Part shown: piece by piece, positions 24,998 to 38,823 of the stretch
Layout: each line of letters begins with the position of its first letter
Position numbering within the stretch: position 1 is the stretch's first letter
From: Torpedo marmorata
Lineage: Eukaryota
Reading direction: 5' to 3'
Length of the DNA: 64,000 nucleotides
Assembly: GCA_977017645.1 (NCBI GenBank)
Contig: OZ360236.1
Coordinates: forward strand, 31,682,001 to 31,746,000
Translations under genes and position numbers: made by a program
The notes under the pieces: generated by a model
Told to the model about the DNA's origin: nothing
Database searches by the model: none
The model's input: the letters and a program-made list of their open reading frames with translations, nothing else

Positions 24998-25851
24998 TGT
25001 TATGGACCATGACTGACCATTTGGACTGCGGACGGTCAGCAGGAAGGATGAAGTCTTTTGGAGTACACACTGGGACCAGGTACTGAAAGAGTTAACTTGC
25101 CCAGGACTTGGTGTACCCAGAGAGAGAGAGAGAGAGCAGAGAGAGACAGGCTGTGGAAAAGATACTTTGTTGCACTTTTGCAAAAGCAGGTGCAGACCTC
25201 TGAAAAAAGCAAGCCGTTTGGAGTTGCAAAGGCTAGAGAACACAGCAAAATCCAGGCTTGTGCATCCCAGAGAAAAGGCTGGAAGAATAGCACATGGCCT
25301 CCTGTCTCAGAGAAATCCTGAGTTAAAGCAACTTTTGTGGAGAACAGGCATGAGATCAGCGAGACCAGCTGTGAGATCCAAGCACACGCCTCAATCAGTG
25401 GTATACTGATTTGGAGTCGCAATCCTCGTGAATCCAAAAGGGAAAGTCATCAGAGAAGAAAAAAACAAGCCAAGTATTCGTAAGCATAAACAGTCATTGT
25501 CTCTCTCCAACGTTCATTGAAAAGTCCTTCTACCAGCACACAGAGCTGAATTTGGAACCTGAACTTAGAGAGTAAATTTTTGTGGACTGTATTATATTTT
25601 TTTGACTGACTTGTTTTTATGACTGACCTGGGGTTTTTGGGGAACGTTTTTCCATTTTTACATGAGGGTTTGGCACAGACTGTAATGGTCTGGGCTTTAC
25701 ACACACACACACACCTTTTAGATAAGAATAGTGTTTATAGTGGGGTTAATTGTTGTGAAATTATATGTTTAATTGTCTTTAATAAATATAAATTTCAATT
25801 TTACCCCTTTTGCATTGCGTCTTCTGTCGTTGCTGGTTTGATTTTGTAACA
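24998..25851 (+). mobile_element. Solo LTR of the Gmr1-like family
   Basis: TGTTATGG...TGTAACA termini and 4-bp TSD CTAT (24994-97 and 25852-55). Confidence 0.93.
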
Positions 25852-25901
25852 CTATAAAAAATTATAAATAATAGTGCACGAAAAGTAAGGCAGTGTCTGG
25901 T

Positions 25902-28241
25902 TCATTGGTTATTCAGGAATCTGATGGCAGCGGGGAAGAAGCTGTCCTTGTGCCGTTGAATGCTCGTCTTTAGGCTCCTGTACCTTTTTCCCGATGGTAG
26001 CAGAGTGAAGAGGGCATGGCCTGGGTGGTGGGGGTCTTTGAGGATAAAGGCTGCTTTTTTAAGACACCGCCTCATGTAGATGTCCTCGATGGAGTGACGT
26101 TTGGTGCCTGTGATGTCATAGGCCGAGTTAACAGCCCTCTGGAGTTTACTCTTGTCCTCAGTGTTGGCGCCTCCATACCAGGCAGTGATGCAACCAGCCA
26201 GAATGCTCTCCACGGTACACCTGTAGAAGTTTACGAGAGTCTTCGGTGACATACCGAATCTCCTCAGACACCTCACAAAGTATAGCCGCTGACAAGCCTT
26301 CTTTGTGATTGCATCAACGTGGAGGCTCCAGGACAGATCCTCGGAGATGTTGACACCCAGAAATTTGAAGTTCTTGACCCTCTCCACTACTGAGCCCTCG
26401 ATGAGGACTGGGTCGTGTTCCCCTGACTTCCTCCTGAAGTCCACAATCATCTCCTTGGTTTTGCTGACGTTGAGCTCAAGGTTGTTGTTGTTACACCATT
26501 CAACGAGCTGATCTATCTTCCTCCTGTACGCTTCCTCATTGCCGTTTGTGATTCTGCCGACAACTGTGGTATCATCGGCGAACTTGTAGATGGCATTGGA
26601 ATTGTGCCTGGTCACACAGTCATGGGTGTATAACGAGTAAAGCAGTGGACTAAGCACGCATCCTTGGGGTGCGCCTGTGTTGATAATCAGTGAGGAGGAA
26701 ACGTTGTTTCCAATTTGTACTGACTGTGGTCTTCCGATGAGAAAGTCAAGGATCCATTTGCAGAGTGGGGTACAGAGGCCGAGAGTTTGTTTCTTCTTGA
26801 CCAGCACTGAGGGAATAATGGTATTGAAGGCCAAGCTGTAGGCGATGAAGAGCAGCCGTATGTAAGAATTGCTGCTTTCGAGGTGATCCAGAGATGAGTG
26901 GAGAGCCAGCGATATTGCATCTGCTGTGGAGTGATTGTGACGATAGGCAAATTGCAGTGGGTCCAGATCTTTGCTTAGGTACGTGTTAGTTCTGGCCATG
27001 ACCAGCCTCTCAAAGCATTTAATCAAAGTAGAAGTTAGTGCGACTGGGCGGTAGACGTTGAGGCAGCCCACACTACTCTTCTTGGGTACCGGGATGATTG
27101 ATGCCCTTTTGAAGCAGGTGGGAACCTCTGACTGCCGCAATGAGAGGTTGAAAATGTCCGTGAACACTCTGGCTAGTTGGTTGGTGCAGATTTTCAGTAC
27201 CCTGCCAGGTACGCCTTCTGGGCCTGACGCCTTGCGAGGGTTCACCCTCTTGAATGATGTTCTGACGTTGCCCTCAGAGACAGATATCACAGAGTCCTCA
27301 GCCTTTTCAGGGATTCTAGTAGGCACTGTTTGGTTATTCTTCTCAAAGCAGGCATAGAAGGTGTTCAGCTCATCGGGTAGTGAAGCATCACAGCCGTCTA
27401 TAGTGTTCGCCCTCGCTTTGTAGGCTGTAGTGGCCTGCACTCCCTGCCATAGCTGGCGTGTATCTGTCTCTGTCACCAGCTTCCTCCGGAGTTGCTACTT
27501 TGCTTCAGAGATGGCCTTCCGCAGGTCGTGCCTGGACTTCTTGTAAAGATCCCGGTCCCTGGCCTTAAACGACCTTGTTCTCGCCCTCAGCAGGTTGCGA
27601 ATTCTCTGATTCATCCAGGGCTTCTGATTGGGGAACACCCGGTATTTGCGCGTGGGCACACACTCATCCACGCAGGTCTTGATGAAGTCGTTGATACCTG
27701 TTGCATATTCATTCAGGTCTATGGATGAGTGCTTGAATATGTTCCAGTCCACCAATTCAAAGCAGTCCTGCAGACGCTCCTCCGCCCCCCTTGACCATAC
27801 TTTCGCTGTCCTCACCACTGGTGCTGTGGTCTTCAGTCCCTGCTTGTACGCCGGGAGTAGAAGTACAGCCAGGTGATCAGACTTTCCAAAGTGCAGTCGT
27901 GGTATGGCTCTGTATGCATTCTTCACGGTGGTGTAGCAGTGGTCGAGTGTGTTGGTTCCCCTGGTCTTGCATGTGACGTGTTGGTGGTAGTTTGTCAGTG
28001 ACTTCTTCAGATTGACCTGATTGAAGTCTCCCACAATGATCGGGAAGGCATCAGGATGTGCTGTCTCATGGCTGTTTATCACAGTGCTCAGTCCCTCCAG
28101 TGCCAGTCTGACGTTAGCCTGGGGTGGAATGTACACTGTGACCAGGATGATGGTGGTGAACTCCCTCGGCAGATAGAATGGGCGACACTTGATCGCCAGA
28201 TGTTCCAGGTCGGGGGAGCAGGACTGGGACACGACTGTCAC
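25902..28241 (-). pseudogene. Rex1/Babar EN-RT polyprotein with one in-frame stop near 27495
   Basis: ORFs 27495-28241 and 25902-27476 are in the same frame, separated by a stop codon. Confidence 0.88.
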
Positions 28242-29311
28242 GTCTGTGCACCACGATGAACTGATGATGGCACAAAGTCAGCTTTCCCTCCCTCAACAAA
28301 CATGTGCTAGTGTACTCTCCACTCAAATCACTGAGATTAATATCAGTGTCCTGCTTGCTCCCCATACCTTTTAATAAGCCCACTTAAGCAACCATCAAAT
28401 TCTTTTGCAGCGACTTTTTTTCTTAGATGCTGCTTTGACAATTAAAAAGCAGAAATCTCCATGTAGTATCCATGCTGTGAAATAATTACTTTCTCACCCC
28501 CCACATTTTCATTGCTTTGATATCCTTCTTTGAATGTGGCAATTAAGACGACACATGGTTCTCCAACTATAATCCATGCTCTTGTACATTTTTAATGCCT
28601 GCATCCTCACTGGTGCCATGTCATACTTTATATTTGATTGAAATTGGTTGATTAAAATCAGCATATATTTTAAGTTACCCAGCTCATGAAATGTCAGTAA
28701 ATAAGTAATCAATTTGGAATAAGACCTTACTTTTATTATAAAATATCCTTGATAAATTATGATTAAAGATCTTAATACCCTTCTTTCTAAACACTTCACA
28801 GCAAGAGAATGCTGCAATTACAGCACATGCAAGACTGCTTATTGTGCACATTTTCAATAAACACTTCTGGGCTTCAATTATTAGATGGCAAAGGGCAATG
28901 TAATAGTCAACAGCTGCACAGAATGTTAAACAGCATCTTGTATAATACGCAAAAAGGTGTTAAAAAGAGCCGAGACATTTCTGCCTCTACAAGCAAAATT
29001 CACATGCCAGTGCTCATGGGGTGTTTAAAACCTGCTGGAGAGTTATTTTCAACAAATTGAAATGGGAAATACTTTGACATGTACAGAACATGCCATGTAG
29101 AAACACTTAACATTTAGGTTTATATTTTCGGCAGCAATTCTGACTTGATAGTCACTTGCTTTGACATCTAGCATCTTAATTAGAGATACACGCTTGGTGT
29201 CTCTATCACTTTCTTTCTCGAAGATGAATATTTTCAGGAATTTTCCTTCAGCCATTGGTAACATTCTTGCCCAGATTAGTTTACAAGATTCAAAACCCAC
29301 ACAAGATTTTT

Positions 29312-29776
29312 AAAAAAAACAACAATGCTGGAGAAGCTCAGCAGGTCAAACAGTGTACTTTACATAGCAAAGACAAAGATACATAACCAACGTTTTGGGC
29401 TTGAGCCCTTCATCAAGGTATGGAAAGATGTCGGCAGACGTCCGAACATATGGTGCAGGGGAAGGGTGGGGGGGGAGGAGCACGGTCCCATGGGGTGGCA
29501 TGAGGAAATGGGTGGATAAGGGAGGGAAGGTACAGCAGTCAGTAGGGGGAGGAGGGATGGAGAGACGGAAGGGAGTGAAGAGCTAAGGGAAAGAAGATAA
29601 GGGGAAAGGGAAGGGAGGGAGAATTTATTGTTGTAAGGTGGTTTTTTGAATGTTTGCACTGTGATGCTGCTGCAAAACAATGAATTTCATGACATGTTCA
29701 TGACAATAAATTCTGATTCTGAATGGAGAGTAGGTAAGCAGAAACCGGAAAAGTCAATGTCAATGTTAATGCCTTC
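29312..29776 (-). mobile_element. Penelope 3' terminal fragment with an embedded Rex1 tail (~29622-29722, + strand)
   Basis: Matches 20620-20940. It carries a decayed hammerhead at 29382-29422 (GAAA changed to AAAA). Confidence 0.75.
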
Positions 29777-31908
29777 TATGGCAGTAGCCAGGTTCCCCTC
29801 ACTGCAGGAAGCTTGACCAACCACATGAAAAATCACAGCATCTTAAAGGGTTCCTGCTTCATTGATATATCCAAAATGGCAATTGTCTCTGGGGATAAGT
29901 TGGTTACGCACCTGATTTTAAATCTAAAAATCTGGACATTGGTGGGAGGTTGGAGTTGGACTCTACACACTCTCCCCAGATTCCTTGCAATGTCTGCTTT
30001 CAAACCCAAGTCTAAAGCTATGCTCAGAGTGCACAAGTTGCAAGTGTAGTTTCCATCAGAAGTGTAACTGCAATGGGAATCCAATTTCACATAGGATCAG
30101 GGACAAAACTGACATCATATTCCAGTGATTACTGCCTGATGACACATCAGCATGCTGTGGAGCTTTGGCACTTTCTAAATAATTTATTATGCAACGCCAC
30201 ATGAGGTTCTTCAACACTGCTGTGCAAAAGGTCACATCTGAAATATTGCAGTCAACAATGGCTTAAACACAGTAAAATTTCCCAAAAAATCATCAAACAA
30301 AATCAGCTACATGAGAATATTTGGGTAGATGACCAAAAGATAGGTTTTAAGCTTTAAAGATCCTGAGATAGGGCCTTTGGCAGTTGTATTTCAACCAATT
30401 GCAATGTGTCAAATGAGATAACCATGTGGTCAGAAATGGGAAAAGTGCAGGTTTAAAGGAGATTTGCACAAAAAGATAAAGCAGGTGGGATTTGATTATA
30501 TGAGAAATGTAAAATCAAGATGCTGCTTAACTCAGACACAGTCAAGCAATCTCATGACATGGGAGATTATTTGTTTTATTGAGTCAATACAATTTCAATC
30601 TCATTTTGTTGCCTATTTCCTGATGATACCATTCACATAAAGATCTGCAATGCTCTACCTCAAAGAGCAGAGGAATCAGATTCCACAGGAACATCTAAGA
30701 GGTATCAGAAATGCATGTGGGGCAAACTGGGACGTGGGACTAATTAGACACTTCTTTCAAAGAGCCAGCATAGAAAAGGTGAGCTGAATGTTTCTCTTTT
30801 ATGCTTTAAGACACTCTAAGATTCAATGCAGATTAAATTATAGTTTGTATATGTGCATGGAAACAGTAGTTCCTATTCTTTGTAATTGAAATCAATTAGT
30901 GTTTGCCGTCTATAAAATATGTACCTCCTCAAAGACACTGGATGTCATGGGACATTCTTTTTGAGGGTTTGGGGCTTTCTTGGGGACAGAAAGCAGCACC
31001 ACAGTCAAGACAGGTAACAAGAGGAGTACATATATTTATTTTCAGTTAATTTACTTTGTTAATGTTCCAATGAAATTAGCACATCACTGAAGCCTCATGG
31101 ATCGACTGTAACTTTGGCATTTTTCTCTCACATTCCTCCTCCTAAAGAGCTGAAGCATTCCATATTGACAAGCATAGGTTTACAATATCCATACCTTCAT
31201 TACATTCGTTTTAAACATCATGGAAAGAACAAGTTAATAATTTGCTGTAAAATTTTTATTGACCAAGTGCATGACATGTTGGCAATGGACACAATGTGCT
31301 GCTTTAAAGTTTTTCCACATAGAAACTTAGTCCGAGTCTACCGTATATACTCGTGAAATTGTCAATTTTTTTGGACCACTTTCAGGCCAAAAAGGAGGGG
31401 GGGGGGGAAGAGGAGGGTCGATTTTTACATGGGTCAAACTTTTGAGGCTCAAGGCATTGTGAGCTCGGATGGCCAGGACCGGGTGGTAAGTCTGCGTTCA
31501 GGGCATCAGGAGCTCAGATGGGCGGGCGGCCGGGGCATCAGGATTTCGGATTGGCAGGCGGCCGGGGGGCAGCCACGGCGAGAATCAGCGGTTGGGAGCT
31601 GGGATAGGCAGGGGGGCCGAGGCGAGGATCCGCGGTCGGGAGCTTGGATGGGGGGGGGGGGTCGGCCGGTGAGTCGGGAGCTACGGTGGACGGGGGGCGA
31701 GGTTCCGCTGTAGAGACATCGGTAGCTCAGGAGGGCAGGCAGCCGGGTGAGGATCCATGGTCGAGAGCTTGGATGGGGAGGGCGTCAGGCACTCCGGTGG
31801 ACGGGCGGCCGGGTCTGACTGTTACACGGGTCATATAAAAACACCTGATTTTTGGGTAAAAGGGGTGGGGTCAACTATTACACGGTATCGATGATTACAC
31901 GAGTATAT

Positions 31909-32762
31909 TGTTATGGACAATGACTGACCATTTGGACTGTGGACGGTCAGCAGGAAGGATGAAGTCTTTTGGAGTACACACTGGGACCAGGTACTGAAAG
32001 AGTTAACTTGCCCAGGACTGGGTGTACTCAGAGAGAGACACACACACCGAGAGAGAAACAGGCTGTGGAAAGATACTTCGTTGCACTTTTGCAAAAGCAG
32101 GTACAAACCTCTGCAAAAAGCATTCAGATTCACTTTGGAGTTGCAAGAGGCTGGAAGAACACAGCCAAAATCCAGTCTTGTGCATCCCAGGGGAAAAGGC
32201 TGGGAGAAAAGCACATGGCCTCCTGTATCAGCAAAATCCTGAGTTAAAACAACTTTCGTGAAGAACAGGCGTGAGATCAGCGAGACCGGCTGTGAGATCC
32301 AAGTATACGCCTCAATCAAAACTGATTTGGAATCGCAATCCTCATGTACCTACCAAAAGGGAAAGTCATCAGGGAAGAAAAGCAGGCCAAGCATTCGTAA
32401 GCTTAAACAGTCAATGTCTCTTTCTCTCTCCAACGTTCATTAAGAAGTCCTTCATGCCAGCACACAGAGCTGAATTTGGACCCTGAACACAGTGATTTTT
32501 GTGGACTATTTTTGGGACTGACTTATTTTTATGACTGACCTGGGGTTTTGGGGAAGGTTTTTCCCTTTTTACATGAGGGTTGGGCACACACTAATGGTCT
32601 GGGCTTCACACACACTCTTTAGATAAGAATAGTGTTTATAGACATTTATAGTGTGGTTATTTGTTAAGAAATTATATGTTTAATTGTCTTTAATAAATAT
32701 AAATTTCAATTTTACCCCTTTTCCATTGCATCTTCTGTCGTTGCTGGTTTGAGTTTGTAACA
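31909..32762 (+). repeat. 5' LTR of copy A
   Basis: TG...CA termini, followed by AAT and the PBS. Confidence 0.93.
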
Positions 32763-32765
32763 AAT

Positions 32766-32778
32766 TGGGGGCTCGTCC
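32766..32778 (+). promoter_or_regulatory. Primer-binding site, tRNA-Pro (copy A)
   Basis: TGGGGGCTCGTCC equals the first 13 nt of the MLV-type tRNA-Pro PBS. Confidence 0.9.
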
Positions 32779-32839
32779 AAGGATTTGAATCAAGATCCAT
32801 CTTGGTAATTGAAGGAATCCCAGTCTGGTTTAAGACATT

Positions 32840-33443
32840 TAAGTCAAGTCACCTTTATTTGTCGTTCATTACCATATACACAAGTAAGACGAGATAGCGT
32901 TTCTCCAGGACCATGGGCAGATGTACATAAATATCATAATACAATAATAAAACTATAACATGCTAATACACATATATATCTAGGAATTGAGGAACCTGAT
33001 GACTTGGGGGAAAAAATTGCTGCACAGTCTGGACGTACGAGCCCAAGTGCTTCGGTACCTCCTTCCAGATGGCAAAAGGGAAAACAGTTTACCAAAGGGG
33101 TGTGAGAAGTCCTTCACAATGTCACAATGTTATTAGCCTTCCTCATGCATCTTGTGTTGTAGATGTCTGTCATGGTGGGAAGAGAGACACCAATAATTTT
33201 CTCTGCTAACCCCACTATCCTCTGCAGGGTCTTTCAGTCCGAGATGGTAGTTTCCAAGCCAAGCGGTGTTGCAATTGCTCAGAATACTCTCAATAAATCC
33301 CCTGTAGAATGTAATAAGGATAGAGGGTGGAAGATGAACTTTCCTCAGCCTTCGCAGGAAGTAAAGACGCTGCTGGGCTTTCTTGACTATGGAACTGGTG
33401 TTGAGGGACCAGGTGAGACTCTCTGCCAAGTGCACTCCTTTAG
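32840..33443 (-). mobile_element. Rex1/Babar-like LINE 3' end inserted in the leader of copy A
   Basis: [15 protein letters not shown] motif and (GACTT)n tail. It is absent from copies B and C. Confidence 0.8.
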
Positions 33444-33499
33444 TTCCTTTTGTAAAGCTAATTAAAAGTGTGTGTGTGTGTAACAAAAAACCAGCAACA

Positions 33500-36400
33500 A
33501 TGGATGTAGAAAATCTTTTGGAATCACCTGAACCTGATACTTTAAAAAAGGCTAAAAAGGAACAGTTAGTGGCTTTTGCAACAGAGTTGGGCATTGCTTC
33601 TGTAAAACCATCAATGAAAAAGGCAGAGATTTGGAGAAAAATTGCCAAATACTATATAAAAAGAAAAAAGTTTGAGGAGAGCGTGTTAGAGCAGTTTCCC
33701 AAGGGTAAACCTTCCGAGAACATACAGTTGGAACTAAAGAAATTGGAATTGGAACAAAAGAAATTAGACAGGGAAATGGAACAAAAGAGATTAGACTTGG
33801 ATGTAGTCAGGGAACAAAAGAGATTAGACACGGAATTGGAACAAAGATATTTGATTTAGAGAAAGAGGAGAACATTAGGCGATATGAGCCGGAAAAGATT
33901 AAGTTGGAAAATGAGAGGAGACAAGAAGAGCACCAAGATCAAATTCATCATCCTGTTGAGATGTTTTTGGCCAGTAGAGAAGTTAGGTTGGTTCCTCCAT
34001 TTGAGGAGGCGGAAATAGATAAGTACTTCCAGCATTTTAAGAAGGTGGCTGTGAAATTAAAATGGCCACAAGACCAATGGTCTCTTATGTTACAAAGTGT
34101 AATAAAAAGAAAAGCTCAGCAAGCTTATTCTACTATTACCACGGAGCAAGCTGCTGATTATGAAATGTTGAAAAAGGCTATACTCCAGGCTTATGAGTTA
34201 GTTCCAGAGGCTTATAGACAGAAGTTTAGAAATTTAAAAAGATCAGCAACCCAATCTTACACAGAGTTTGCCTATGAAAAGGTTGTGTTTTGACCGGTGG
34301 TACACGTCTAAGGCGGTAAACAATGATTACAATCAATTGAGAGAATTGATAATAATTGAGGAGATTAAAAGGTGTGTTCCTGAGGATATTAAGGCATACT
34401 TAGATGAAAAGGAGGTGCAAACTTGGCAAAATTCAGCTAAGTTAGCAGATGAATATGCTTTAACCCACAAGCCTAAGTGGACGTCAGGCAGAATTTTCCA
34501 AAAGGGCACTATGGATAATCCCAAACAAGTGGAAAGTAAATTTGGAAGTGGTGTTAAGGAAAGAGATGAAGGAAAGTGGAAAAGGGAAAACCCTTCGGGT
34601 CCCATTTGCCACTACTGTAGGAAGGCTGGTCATTTGCTAGCAAGCTGTCCAGTGTTGAAAAAGAGAGAAAAGGATGCAACACCTAATGCTTGTATTCAGA
34701 GTGAGAAGAGGCATAACACCCAGGAAGGAGACCAATTTACTGACAAAGTTAGGGATGTATTTAAACCTTTTGTGACTGATGGTTTTGTTTCAGTTAAGGC
34801 AGTATCAAAGCAAGTTCCAGTGAAAATCTTACGAGATACTGGAGCTGCTCAGTCCCTTGTGTTAGATAGTGTCTTGGAATTTTGTGATGAGACAGACACC
34901 GGTGAAATGAATTTAATTAAAGGAAATGGGGGTGATGTTGAGTCCATTCCTTTGCACAAAATAGTGTTAAACTCAGCCTTGGTGGAAGGACCTGTTATAA
35001 TAGGAGTGAGATCAGAGTTGCCAGTAGAAGGAGTCTCACTGTTGCTCGGCAATGACTTGGCTGAGAGTAAAGTAGTTCCTGCAGTGCAAATGACCACTAA
35101 GCCAGTCATTGATAAGTCAGAGGACTCTGATATTTATCCGGCACGTGCCATAACCAGGGCCATGTCTAAGAAAAATGTCACTGTAGAGAAGGCAGTGGAA
35201 AATAAATTGGTGAAAGAAAAAGTCAGTGATAATCAAAACCACCTGGAAAAGGTTGAGAAATCTCTTGTGTTCCACCCATACACTAATAAGACACCTAAAG
35301 GCACAGATTTGTCACTATCCCGACAGGAGCTAATAGCAAGGCAAAAGGAGGATCCTGATCTTCCTGAGGTGAGGGATAAGGTTCTCTCTAAAGAGGAGAT
35401 TAAGAAGGTGCCAGTGGGTTATGATGAACAAGATGGGGTGTTGATGAGAAAGTGGAGAACATGTGATGTTACTGCCAGTGAAGAATGGGCAGTAGTGCAG
35501 CATGTTGTGATCCCAAAAGTATATAGGGATGAAATAATAACTTTGGCTCATAGCACACCTTTAGGTGGTCACCTTGGGGTGAAGAAAACTATACTGAAGA
35601 TAATGAAACAATTTTATTGGCCCAGTTTGAGAAGGGAGGTTGTAAGCTTTTGCCGGGCCTGTCACACTTGTCAGGTGGTGGGTAAACCGAATCCGAGTCC
35701 CCCGGTGGCACCCTTGCAACCTATCCCTGCATTCAGTGAGCCTTTCTCGAGAGTGATTGTGGACTGTGTTGGCCCATTGCCAAAAACCAAAGCAGGGAAT
35801 GAGTATTTGTTAACAATTATGTGTGCAGCCACCAGATTTCCAGAGGTCATTCCTCTGAAAAACATTAAAGCAAAAGCAATTGTAAAGGCTATGGTAAAGT
35901 TTTTCACCTGGGTAGGTTTGCCAAGGGAAATTCAATCAGATCAGGGTAGTAATTTCATGTCAGGCATATTCCAAAAGGTGGTTGATAGACTGGGAGTTAA
36001 ACAGATTGTATCCTCTGCATACCATCCAGAAACTCAAGGGGCCTTGGAGAGGTCCCATTCGACTTTGAAAAACACGATTAAAAGTTATTGTTGTGAGAAG
36101 GAAAAGTATTGGGATGAGGAGGTTCATTTGTTGTTATTTGCATTGAGGGAGTCTGTCCAAGAATCACTTGGTTTTACTCCATTCAAGTTAGTTTTCGGAC
36201 ATGAGGTGAGAGGTCCTTTAAGTTTATTAAAAGTACAGTGGATTAATAGTGATGTGCATTTAAATCTATTGGATTATGTTTCCAAATTTAAGGATCGGTT
36301 GCATAAAACTTGCGAGATGGCAAGGGAGACTTTAAAGGCCACTCAACAGAGAATGAAGGTTTGGTATGATCGAAAGGCCAAGATGAGAACTTGGAAACCT

Positions 36401-38823
36401 GGTGAGAACATATTAGCTCTGTTTCCCACATATTCCAATCCTCTGAGGGCTAGATTTTCAGGACCCTATAGACAAAAATTAATGAGGTCACCTATGTCAT
36501 AGAAACACCTAATCGCAGACAAGACACACGGGTCTGTCATGTGAATATGATTAAGCCATATTTTGAACAGTTGCCACTCAAAGAGACTGAACATTTACTA
36601 GAGGGGCTGGTTATCGACCGGGGTAAGGAGGAGACAGATAAAACCAGTTTCAGAGAGGGTCATGGGACTTTTAATTATTTGGATTATGTGGTAGGACAGG
36701 GACAGTTGGCACCAGTAGAGGAAAAGGTCAGAATCAGAATTTATTGTCATGAACCAGTCATGAAATTCGGTGTTTTGCGGCAGCATCATAGAGCAATTAA
36801 CATTCATATTAATCATCTAACGACATTACTATAAAAAAATTATAAACAATAGTGCATGAAAAGTAAGGCAGTGTCTTTGGTTCATTGATTATTCAGGAAT
36901 CTGATGGCAGCAGGGAAGAAGCTGTCCTTGTGCCGTTGAGTTCTCGTCTTTAGGCTCCTGTACCTTTTTCCCCGATGGAAGCAGAGTGAAGAGGGCATGG
37001 CCTGGGTGGTGGGGGTCCTTGAGGATAGAGGTTGCTTTTTTAAGACACCGCCTCATGTAGATGTCCTCGATGAAGTGAAGTTTGGTGCCTGTGATGTCAC
37101 AGGCCGAGTTAACAACCTTCTGGAGTTTACTCTTGTCCTGGGAGTTGGAGCCTCCATACCAGGCTGTGATGCAACCAGCCAGAATGCTCTCCACGGTACA
37201 CCTGTAGAAGTTTACGAGAGTCTTTGGTGACATACCGAATCTCCGCAAACACCTTACAAAGTATAGCCGCTGACGAGCCTTCTTTGTGATTGCATCCATG
37301 TGGATGCTCCACGACAGATCCTCGGAGATGTTGACACCCAGGAATTTGAATTTCTTGACCCTCCCCATGACTGAGCCTTCGATGAGGACAGGGTCATGTT
37401 CCCCTGACTTCCTCCTGAAGTCCACAATCATCTCCTTGGTTTTGCTGACGTTGAGCTCAAGGTTGTTGTCATTACACCATTCAACGAGCTGATCTATCTC
37501 CCTCCTGTACGCTTCCTCATTGCCGTTTGTTATTCTGCCGACAATTGTGGTGTCATCGGCAAACTTGTAGATGGCATTGGAATTGTGCCTGGCCACAGTC
37601 ATGAGTGTATAACGAGTAGAGCAGTGGACTAAGCACGCATCCTTGGGGTGCGCCTGTGTTGATAATCAGTGAGGACGAGACGTTGTTTCCAATTGGTACT
37701 GACTGTGGTCTTCCGATGAGAAAGTCAAGGATCCAGTTGCAGAGGGGGGTACAGAGGCCTAGAGTTTGTAGCTTCTTGACCAGCACTGAGGGAATAATGG
37801 TATTGAAGGCCGAGCTGGAGTCGATGAAGAGCAACCGTATGTATGAATTGCTGTTTTCGAGGTGGTCCAGAGCTGAGTGGAGAGCCAGCGATATTGCATC
37901 TGCTGTGCAGCGATTGTGGCGATAGGCGAATTGCAGTGGGTCCATATCTTTGCTTAGGTATGTGTTAATTCTGGCCATGACCAGCCTCTCAAAGCATTTC
38001 ATCACAGTAGAAGTTAGTGCAACTGGGCGGTAGTCGTTGAGGCAGCTCACACTACTCTTCTTGGGTACCGGGATGATTGATGCACTTTTGAAGCAGGTCG
38101 GAACCTCTGACTGCCGCAATGAGAGGTTGAAAATGTCCGTGAACACTCCGGCTTGTTGGTTGGCACAGATTTTCAATACCCTGCCAGGTACGCCGTCACC
38201 CTCTTGAATGATGTTCTGATGTTGTGACTATTTCCGAGTTCCCTGTTCCAACTGGTAAGAAAACTCTGAGGAGGTTCCCGGGAATGATTGGCTACTACCG
38301 CAAGTTCTGTGAAAACTTTGCAGATCTTGCGCTCCCTCTCACAAATTTGCTTAGAAAGGGAGAAAAATTTGTATGGTCGACAGGGTGTCAGGAAGCATTT
38401 GTCAAATTGAAAGCCATTTTATGCCACCAACCTGTGCTTAAATCACCTGATATAGAAAAGCCATTTTCTTTAGCCGTGGATGCTAGCGATAAAGCTGTGG
38501 GTGCGGTGCTGTTACAGAGGAAGAACGAAGAGGACATTGACCATCCGGAATCCTTCTTCTCGAAGAGGTTTAATGATCATCAAAGGAATTATTCCACCAT
38601 AGAAAAAGAGTTGTTAGCTCTACAACACTTTGTGGGTATATCTGTACAGCTCAAAAACCACTCAGTGTATACTGACCATAATCCATTGGTTTTTCTTTGT
38701 AAAATGAAAAATAAGAATCGACGGTTGAAGAATTGGAGTCTAATTTTGCAAGAATATGATTTAATAATAACACATATAAAAGGGAAAGACTATGTAATCG
38801 CTGATTGTCTTTCAAGATGCTAA
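33500..38823 (+). pseudogene. Gag-PR-IN-(RT remnant)-RNase H polyprotein of copy A, frameshifted
   Basis: CHYCRKAGHLLASC knuckle, LRDTGA protease, HHCC and D-D-E integrase, then GMIGYYRKF and VDASD...ADCLSR. No YxDD. Confidence 0.9.
36729..38220 (-). mobile_element. Rex1/Babar LINE inserted in the RT remnant of copy A
   Basis: RT ORFs 37553-38176 and 36889-37602 with a TTCTGA tail. The Gypsy sequence is contiguous across it (AAAAGGT|TGTGACT). Confidence 0.92.

Larger units (their letters stand above)
24894..28268 (-). mobile_element. Rex1/Babar LINE, nearly complete ORF2, solo LTR in 3' UTR
   Basis: Endonuclease (CRPFYLPREFT, GDFN, SDH) and RT ([23 protein letters not shown]), with a (TTCTGA)n tail. 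Confidence 0.93.

Noticed and set aside
33133-33859. ORFs suggesting a LINE-Gag fusion protein
   Set aside because: Artefacts of reading across the LINE insertion junction at ~33443.
36729-38220. An RT located almost where copy A lacks its own RT core
   Set aside because: It is an antisense, frameshifted Rex1 LINE insertion absent from B and C, not a replacement RT.
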